Source: an uncultured Gammaproteobacteria bacterium
GTDB lineage: Bacteria > Pseudomonadota > Gammaproteobacteria > Natronospirales > JAIVGZ01
Length of the DNA stretch: 57,516 nt
NCBI GenBank assembly: GCA_964402835.1
Contig: CAYODZ010000228.1
Span: forward strand, 1 to 57,516
Direction of reading: 5' to 3'
The notes under the pieces were generated by a model. That model was not told where the DNA came from and did no database searches. It saw nothing but the letters and a program-made list of their open reading frames with translations. Below are positions 52,690 through 57,516 of the stretch, one piece after another. The translations under genes were made by a program, and so were the position numbers. Positions within the stretch are counted from its first letter, which is position 1. Each line of letters opens with the position of its first letter.

Positions 52690-52872
52690 ATGGCGCTCGA
52701 GCACGAGACGGATAACGAGCACTGCTGGTGTCAGCCTGAAGTGCTCCAGGTCTGCCCGGAATGCGACGAGGATCATATTCCGACGCCGGGCTGCTGGCGC
52801 TGCGGCGGTCGCGGCCTGGTGCCCGAGTACGACGAGACGCAGTGCAGCGTCATCGTGCACCGTGACACATAG
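52690..52872 (+). CDS. Zinc-ribbon protein (60 aa)
   Basis: CWC..-CPEC-..CWRCGG cysteine pairs. Starts 3 nt after the portal stop. Confidence 0.4.
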   Translation: MALEHETDNEHCWCQPEVLQVCPECDEDHIPTPGCWRCGGRGLVPEYDETQCSVIVHRDT

Positions 52873-53146
52873 ACTCCACGGCCGCCGCGAGCCGTATACT
52901 GCGGTCGGCGTGCGCCGGATCCCCTGCTTCCGCTGCGGCGCGCGGGCGGGATTCCAGTGGAATGTCTGCGCCGACGGATTGTATCACCCGCTCTGCGCAC
53001 GCTGCGACATCGAGCTGAACGCGCTGGTCCTGCACTGGATGCTGCATCCGGACGCGCAGGGACTCACCGAACGGTACGCGGAGTCGAAGGGATACCAGAT
53101 CGTCGGATACCGGCCGTGGCGTGGCCAGCGTATCGATCTCACATGA
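52862..53146 (+). CDS. Zinc-finger protein (94 aa)
   Basis: GTG start overlapping upstream by 11 nt. CFRC...C....C.RC pattern. Confidence 0.4.
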   Translation: MTHRLHGRREPYTAVGVRRIPCFRCGARAGFQWNVCADGLYHPLCARCDIELNALVLHWMLHPDAQGLTERYAESKGYQIVGYRPWRGQRIDLT

Positions 53147-53607
53147 AGCTTACCCTGTCGGTCAACGCTCACGAGCAGCTCCGCCAGATCTGCACACTGC
53201 ACCGCGGCCTCGAGGTCGGCGGGCTCCTGGTCGGCACCCGCGACAGCGATCGCGCATTCGTCTGGGAAATCATCGGCCCGGGCCCGGGCGCGGTTTTGCA
53301 CGCGCGGACCCTGGTGCTCGACACGAGTTTCATGGTGGGAGTACTCGTCGGTGTTGCTGCGGCCGGCACCGTAGAAGTGCTCGGACGCTGGCATAAGCAT
53401 ATTGCGCCGGACCTCCGGGCCAGCCATGATGATCGGCGTGGCGCCGATGCATTCCGCATGCTCACTCGAGTCGACGAATCGTTCGAGCTGATCATCGGCA
53501 CCGACCGTGATTTCCCGATCGGTTTCGGCGCATATCTGTGCACGTCCGAGGGCCTATGCCGGATTCCAATGTCGTCACCGAACTTGCTGCCGGCGGTGCC
53601 CAGGTAG
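53143..53607 (+). CDS. JAB/MPN+ (JAMM) metalloprotease-domain protein
   Basis: Glu in LEVGGLLVG plus a complete H-x-H-x7-S-x2-D motif (WHKHIAPDLRASHDD). ATGA overlap with the upstream gene. Confidence 0.65.
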   Translation: MKLTLSVNAHEQLRQICTLHRGLEVGGLLVGTRDSDRAFVWEIIGPGPGAVLHARTLVLDTSFMVGVLVGVAAAGTVEVLGRWHKHIAPDLRASHDDRRGADAFRMLTRVDESFELIIGTDRDFPIGFGAYLCTSEGLCRIPMSSPNLLPAVPR

Positions 53608-53768
53608 GCATATATCGTTGGTATTGCGGCGGCCAGGACGAAATCGCGGGATACCCTGTAGTTCGAGTCACCGGGTCTGGCGCGTGCGATGAGGCGATCA
53701 TTCTGTGTTCCGAGTGCAGGCGCCTTGCGCCGTTTCAGAACGGGTGCCGCTACGTGATCGACGAGTGA
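53556..53768 (+). CDS. Small Cys-containing protein (70 aa)
   Basis: WYCGG...C....LCSEC. Overlaps the JAB 3' end by 52 nt, so the start is uncertain. Confidence 0.35.
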   Translation: MPDSNVVTELAAGGAQVGIYRWYCGGQDEIAGYPVVRVTGSGACDEAIILCSECRRLAPFQNGCRYVIDE

Positions 53769-54016
53769 CGCACACTCAACCGCCTAACAACTGGCGACAG
53801 CGTATCCGTCGAGGACTTCCCTTCCCCCCAGGTCGCGACGGCGAAGAGTTCGACGTGCTGATCACGCGCGACCACCGGGTGTATCACCTGAACACGACTA
53901 CCGCCGACGTCTTCGTTCAGAATGGTCAGCGCTGGGACGCTCCACCGTGGTGGGAGCTGCCGGACATGGTGAAGAAGGCGGTTTCGGGCCTGCTCCAGCA
54001 ACGGCACGATCATTGA
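53765..54016 (+). CDS. Hypothetical 83-aa protein
   Basis: GTGA overlap. Trp-rich C-terminal part (QRWDAPPWWELPDMV). Confidence 0.35.
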   Translation: MTHTQPPNNWRQRIRRGLPFPPGRDGEEFDVLITRDHRVYHLNTTTADVFVQNGQRWDAPPWWELPDMVKKAVSGLLQQRHDH

Positions 54017-54083
54017 CGCGCATACGGCTCCGCATGTAGCTTCAACGTAGACAGGGGCTTCGGCCCCACCCGGGATGCATGAC

Positions 54084-54097
54084 GGTCCCACGAGGCC
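54084..54097 (+). promoter_or_regulatory. Conserved late-block motif, copy C (GGTCCCACGAGGCC)
   Basis: 13/14 identical to copies A and B. Its last four bases form the start of the terminator stem at 54094. Confidence 0.45.
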
Positions 54098-54136
54098 GGC
54101 GATCCGAGAAATCGGATGCGCCGGCCTTTGTCGTTT
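54094..54136 (+). terminator. Rho-independent terminator (GGCCGGCGATCCGA-gaaa-TCGGATgCGCCGGCC + TTTGTCGTTT)
   Basis: 14-bp stem with one bulged G and a 4-nt loop, followed by a T-rich tract. 78 nt after the last gene of the JAB cassette. Confidence 0.6.
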
Positions 54137-54204
54137 CGCCCCGCCGAGCGTATCGGCGTTTGATCCGTCTCGCGACGTAAAACCGGAAAACCTGAGGAGC
54201 AACG

Positions 54205-54870
54205 ATGTACACCGTTGGAAAGCCGAGCATGAAGCTGCTGCGCCTCGCGGCGCGATTCGCACAGCCGGAGGGTGATCCGCCGGCGCCGAAGGATCCGCCG
54301 GTAGACCCTGCGCCCAAGGATCCGCCACCGGATCCGAAGGACAAGAAGACGGCGGCTCCGCCGGTTGATGACAGGAAGGCGGTTCCGTTCGCGCGGTTCA
54401 GCGAAGTCAGCCAGAAGAGGCGAACGGCAGAGCGATCGCTCGCAACGGTAACCGCCGAGCGGGACACTCTGAAGACGCAGCTCGACCAGGCTCAGTCGGG
54501 TGATCAGGCAACGGCGCTGAAGGCAGCGCAGGAGCAGGTCACCGAGCTGAACAAGTCGATCCAGAAGATCGATGACGAGTTCGAGGACATGCTCGAGGTG
54601 GCGCTCGCGGACGTGGAGGAGGACGACGCGAAGATGATTCGTGAGATCCCCGGCGGCGCGCGTGCACAGTTCGCCTGGTTCAACAAGCACCGAGCTCGAC
54701 TGGCTGGCGGTGAGAAGGCTCCGACGGACGAGAAGAAGAAGGGCGGAGTGAAGTCGCCCACGAACGAAAAGAAGCCGGGCGGCGGTGAGAACACCGGACC
54801 GTCCAGCGCAGCGAAGTCATACGTCGATCAGTCGAAGCCGAAGGAGAAGGGCTTCGCTGGTCTCGCCTGA
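54205..54870 (+). CDS. Scaffolding protein (candidate)
   Basis: GAGGAG RBS 5 nt upstream. Pro/Asp/Lys-rich N-terminus, central coiled coil (TLKTQLDQAQ...VTELNKSIQKIDDEFEDML), basic C-terminus. Upstream of decoration and capsid genes. Confidence 0.55.
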   Translation: MYTVGKPSMKLLRLAARFAQPEGDPPAPKDPPVDPAPKDPPPDPKDKKTAAPPVDDRKAVPFARFSEVSQKRRTAERSLATVTAERDTLKTQLDQAQSGDQATALKAAQEQVTELNKSIQKIDDEFEDMLEVALADVEEDDAKMIREIPGGARAQFAWFNKHRARLAGGEKAPTDEKKKGGVKSPTNEKKPGGGENTGPSSAAKSYVDQSKPKEKGFAGLA

Positions 54871-54898
54871 GCTGCGATCGACCACCTGAGGAGGCGAG

Positions 54899-55264
54899 AT
54901 GGATCTCAATCTGAAGACCACGACGGTCGGGGCGAACCCGGTCTGGCTGGATACCACGGAGGGGCTGCGCTTCCTCGTGGACGGCGTGACGCTGGACTCG
55001 GCAGCGATCGCCGCAGATGGCAACGGCGACAAGATCGTCGCGAGCGGTACGCCGATCGAGAAGAGCGGTGCGAAGTGGGTACCGTCATTCGCCGCGCTCG
55101 GTGTGCCGACAGCGATTCTCTGGCAGACGCTGAATGCGAAGGACGGCGACGTCCACGGCGACGCCCTCGACCATGGCCGTGTCAAGACTGCGGCCCTGCC
55201 GGTCACCGTTCACGCCGACTCGCAGGCGAGCCTGCAGTCCGTCGGCATCACCTTCAGGAGCTGA
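54899..55264 (+). CDS. Head decoration protein (gpD-like, candidate)
   Basis: 121 aa, GAGGAGG RBS, immediately before an E-type major capsid gene as in lambda D-E. Confidence 0.5.
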   Translation: MDLNLKTTTVGANPVWLDTTEGLRFLVDGVTLDSAAIAADGNGDKIVASGTPIEKSGAKWVPSFAALGVPTAILWQTLNAKDGDVHGDALDHGRVKTAALPVTVHADSQASLQSVGITFRS

Positions 55265-55271
55265 GCGAGCC

Positions 55272-56537
55272 ATGATGAACACATCATATCGTCTCGTGGC
55301 CGCGCTCCTCACTGTGATCGCGGTCCTCTGTGCCGGTGCGACGTTCCTCGCCCCACCGGATCTCGCCCAGGGTGCCGGCATCCTCGCGATGTCGATGCCA
55401 TTCCTCTTCACCTCTCCCGTCGACGAGATGCGTGCGCACCTGGCGGCAACGTTCGCCGATCCGGGATCGGATCTGCTCGCGGAAATCGACGGCCTGTCGC
55501 CGGAAGACATTCAGTACGTCGTCGACAACATGAACCCCTTCGAACGGCTCTCGCCGGGTGGCTTGCTGGGTGACCAGCTTTTCCCGGAGCGCCTCACGGA
55601 GGAGCTCACATTCGCGTACCTGAAGGGTGCCGGCGGTGGAGCGGTCATGGCGCACGTGACTGGCCACAACTCCGAGGCGCCGCTCGTCGGCCGGAAGGGC
55701 ATCGAGACGGTGCGCGGTCAGATTCCCGCGATCAAGCAGAAGCGCTATCAGGATGCGCTGACGCTGATCCGGCTGCAGAGCGCGGACGCATTGATGCGGA
55801 GTGCCGCAGTGCGCGAGATCTTCGATGACGTGACGAACGCGCGGCTTGGCATTGCCGCACGCGTCGAGAAGCTGCGCATGGATGCACTCTCTGCTGGTGT
55901 CGTGTCGGGCCTGACGGAGGAAGGGCTCGTGTACAGCGTCGACTACGGCGTGCCGGCCGGTCACAAGGAGACGCTCGCGGGCGCCGACCTGTGGACGGAT
56001 CCGGCGTCGAAGCCGCTCGCAGACCTCGAGGCGTGGCAGAACACGATGGTGGCTGATACCGGCCAACCCATGGCGAATGCGGTCACGAGCACGGCGGTGA
56101 TCAACGCATTCCGCAGCCATGAGTCGGTCAGGGAGGCGATCTGGGGCGTGAACAAGGCTCGCCGCGTAACGGCCGCGGAGGCGGACGAGTTCCTGCGCCA
56201 GCAGAACCTGCCGACATTCGTCCCATACGACCTGATGGTCGCACAGGAAGCCGTCGACGGCACGCGCACCGGTGTCCGTCTCTGGCCGAATAACCGCCTC
56301 ACCCTGATTCCGGCGCTCGCCGGTGCAGGCGTCGGCCGCACGCACCGCGCGCCGACGGCGGAGGAGGCTGTGCGGTCGATCGCGGAGGGCACGATCGTGA
56401 TCGATGGCTTCCGGATCGCGATCCACGTGTACGTGAGCACCAACGATCCGAAGGGCGTGGTGACGCTCGGCGTCGCATCCACGTTCCCGAGCTTCGAGCG
56501 CGCGGATCACGTCTTCCAGGCAGTAGTCCTGGCGTAA
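55272..56537 (+). CDS. Major capsid protein (lambda gpE-like family) with unusual hydrophobic N-terminal extension
   Basis: Size, position and blocks such as LFPERLTEELTFAYLKG...HNSEAPL resemble Phage_cap_E. Alternative start at ATG 55389. Confidence 0.7.
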   Translation: MMNTSYRLVAALLTVIAVLCAGATFLAPPDLAQGAGILAMSMPFLFTSPVDEMRAHLAATFADPGSDLLAEIDGLSPEDIQYVVDNMNPFERLSPGGLLGDQLFPERLTEELTFAYLKGAGGGAVMAHVTGHNSEAPLVGRKGIETVRGQIPAIKQKRYQDALTLIRLQSADALMRSAAVREIFDDVTNARLGIAARVEKLRMDALSAGVVSGLTEEGLVYSVDYGVPAGHKETLAGADLWTDPASKPLADLEAWQNTMVADTGQPMANAVTSTAVINAFRSHESVREAIWGVNKARRVTAAEADEFLRQQNLPTFVPYDLMVAQEAVDGTRTGVRLWPNNRLTLIPALAGAGVGRTHRAPTAEEAVRSIAEGTIVIDGFRIAIHVYVSTNDPKGVVTLGVASTFPSFERADHVFQAVVLA

Positions 56538-56550
56538 CCCTGAACCGAAC

Positions 56551-56579
56551 GCCCGGCGCGGCTGGCCGCCGCGTCGGGC
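56551..56579 (+). terminator. Hairpin after capsid gene (GCCCGGCGCGGC-tggcc-GCCGCGTCGGGC)
   Basis: 12-bp stem including one G.U pair, 14 nt after the capsid stop. No strong T-run. Confidence 0.4.
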
Positions 56580-56597
56580 ACTTCAAGGATGGTGATC

Positions 56598-56984
56598 ATG
56601 GCCAAGTCAATGTACACGGCGGTCACGCGGATCAAGACGGGCGGCAAGCGTTACCTGCCGGGCGAATCGCTCGAGCTGACCGCGGACGAAGCGAAGACGT
56701 TCGGCACAGCAGTGCAGAAGGGCGGCAAGGCGCCCGCAGCTGCAGGCAGCACTGCCGCAGGAGCCACGGGCGCCGCGGGAGCAGCAGGAGCGGGCACTGG
56801 CGACACGGATCCGCTGGCGGACGTGGAGTTCGCGAGCCCGCAGGCGGGACTCCGCGCGAAGGAGCTGCTGGCGGAGGGCAAGCTGACGCCGGACTCGTTC
56901 AAGCATCAGCGGAAGGAAAGCGAGAAGGGCTTCACGGTCGCGGACGTGGACCGGATCGCCGAGAAGGGCGCCGGCGGGGAGTAA
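56598..56984 (+). CDS. Hypothetical head-region protein with Ala/Gly-rich linker
   Basis: AAGGA lies 10 nt before ATG 56598 (the ORF opens at 56589). 128 aa. Confidence 0.45.
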   Translation: MAKSMYTAVTRIKTGGKRYLPGESLELTADEAKTFGTAVQKGGKAPAAAGSTAAGATGAAGAAGAGTGDTDPLADVEFASPQAGLRAKELLAEGKLTPDSFKHQRKESEKGFTVADVDRIAEKGAGGE

Positions 56985-57020
56985 CCCCAACGGTGATCAT
57001 GACGAACCTGAGCGCAGCGC

Positions 57021-57398
57021 ATGGACGCGAAGATCACACTCTCGAGACCGACATCGGTGGACGACCTCCGCGCCGCGTATCCGCGCGCGTTGCTGGCGTC
57101 CGAGGATGACGAGCTCGAGCTGTGGCTGGACATCGCGGAACATGCGCTGCGTTCGCACTTCCACGTAACTGAGCTCTCCTCGGACATCGATGATGCATTG
57201 GGCCGCGCGATCATCGCGGCGTGGCCATCTCTCCAGCAGCAGGTGCGTCAGATCGCCCAGGAGTCGGCATCGCCCGACGGCCACTCCGTCAGCTACGCTC
57301 GAGGTGAGGAATCCTTCAACTTCCCGCCCTTCCTGAGCGTCATGCTCGGCGCGTACGGTCCGGGCGATGCGCCGACCACCACGGAGCTGGTGCGCTGA
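57021..57398 (+). CDS. Head-tail connector protein (gp6-like, candidate)
   Basis: N-terminal ..SVDDLRAAYPRALLASEDDELELWLDIAEHALRSHF.. resembles Phage_connect_1-type proteins. Confidence 0.5.
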   Translation: MDAKITLSRPTSVDDLRAAYPRALLASEDDELELWLDIAEHALRSHFHVTELSSDIDDALGRAIIAAWPSLQQQVRQIAQESASPDGHSVSYARGEESFNFPPFLSVMLGAYGPGDAPTTTELVR

Positions 57399-57516
57399 TG
57401 CCTCCGATCCCCGCGGGTCTCGCATCCCTGGACACAGCGGCCTATCAGCGCATCGACGCACTGGTGGCCCTGTACGAGGATGCGGTCCGGCAGCTGCGCG
57501 ATCTCGAGCGGCAGCT
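57398..57516 (+). CDS. 5' part of the Mu F/gp7-like minor head gene (continues at position 1)
   Basis: ATGA overlap with upstream stop. Open to the window end. 119 nt plus 871 nt is divisible by 3 with no stop across the junction. Confidence 0.55.
   Translation, partial: MPPIPAGLASLDTAAYQRIDALVALYEDAVRQLRDLERQ

Larger units (their letters stand above)
1..57516. mobile_element. Temperate tailed-phage (siphovirus-like) genome, apparently complete and circularly closed/permuted
   Basis: Continuous phage modules (packaging, head, tail, lysis, immunity, recombination, integrase, replication). No host housekeeping genes at either edge. ORF open at 57398..57516 continues in frame into position 1 (119+871 nt = 330 codons). 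Confidence 0.75.

Noticed and set aside
54054-54067. GGGGC-TTCG-GCCCC minihairpin as an independent terminator.
   Set aside because: The stem is only 5 bp and there is no T-tract. It is more likely an RNA-stability element or incidental, so it is mentioned only in the context of the stronger terminator 27 nt downstream.
1-57516. Looked for prophage-host junctions, direct att repeats at the window ends, transposases or IS elements, toxin-antitoxin pairs, retrons, and known multi-gene defence systems (RM, CBASS, Thoeris, Gabija, Septu etc.).
   Set aside because: No host genes, no terminal direct repeats, no transposase or reverse-transcriptase ORFs, and no recognisable signature domains of those systems (cyclase, TIR, SIR2, OLD/Toprim, restriction subunits) were seen. 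The only methylase is an orphan phage Dam-type enzyme. A proper HMM scan is still needed to confirm these negatives.

Overview
High-GC window (about two-thirds G+C by eye) that reads as one complete temperate siphovirus-type phage genome with no flanking host genes. The ORF left open at the 3' edge (57398..57516) continues in frame into the ORF entering at position 1, so the 57.5-kb contig looks circularly closed or permuted. Layout on the + strand: head-tail joining and tail genes (1-13.2 kb; major tail, G/GT chaperone with a lambda-like -1 slippery site, tape measure, Dit/Tal-like proteins, beta-helix tailspike). Next come a lipoprotein glycoside hydrolase and a lysis cassette (13.4-16.6 kb), then a second block of fibre/depolymerase-like genes including a 17x22-aa HxH repeat protein (17.2-22.3 kb). 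An 8-gene minus-strand immunity/moron operon follows (22.5-25.4 kb; XRE repressor, ImmA protease, membrane, lipoprotein and Zn-ribbon proteins). Early genes run from 25.5 to 48 kb: RecT-like, HNH, SbcCD, Gp37/Gp68, GIY-YIG, large serine integrase, Dam-like methylase, HerA-like ATPase, PD-(D/E)xK nuclease, initiator with internal iterons, RuvC, and an inverted DUF932+HTH island. Packaging and head genes close the genome (48.3-57.5 kb; terS, terL, portal, scaffold, decoration, E-type capsid). The most unusual items are: (1) a five-gene Zn-ribbon/JAMM-metalloprotease cassette in the slot where a prohead protease is expected; (2) a lower-GC, translationally coupled four-gene moron cassette at the end of the immunity operon; (3) the HxH tandem-repeat fibre-like protein; (4) a conserved 14-nt motif (GGTCCCACG[C/A]GGCC) at the 5' boundary of three late gene blocks; (5) an iteron plus purine-rich origin inside the initiator gene; (6) a C12 homopolymer that separates two ORFs fusable by a 1-nt slip. 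All domain calls come from motif recognition by eye. No database or HMM search was possible, so function names are hypotheses graded by confidence.
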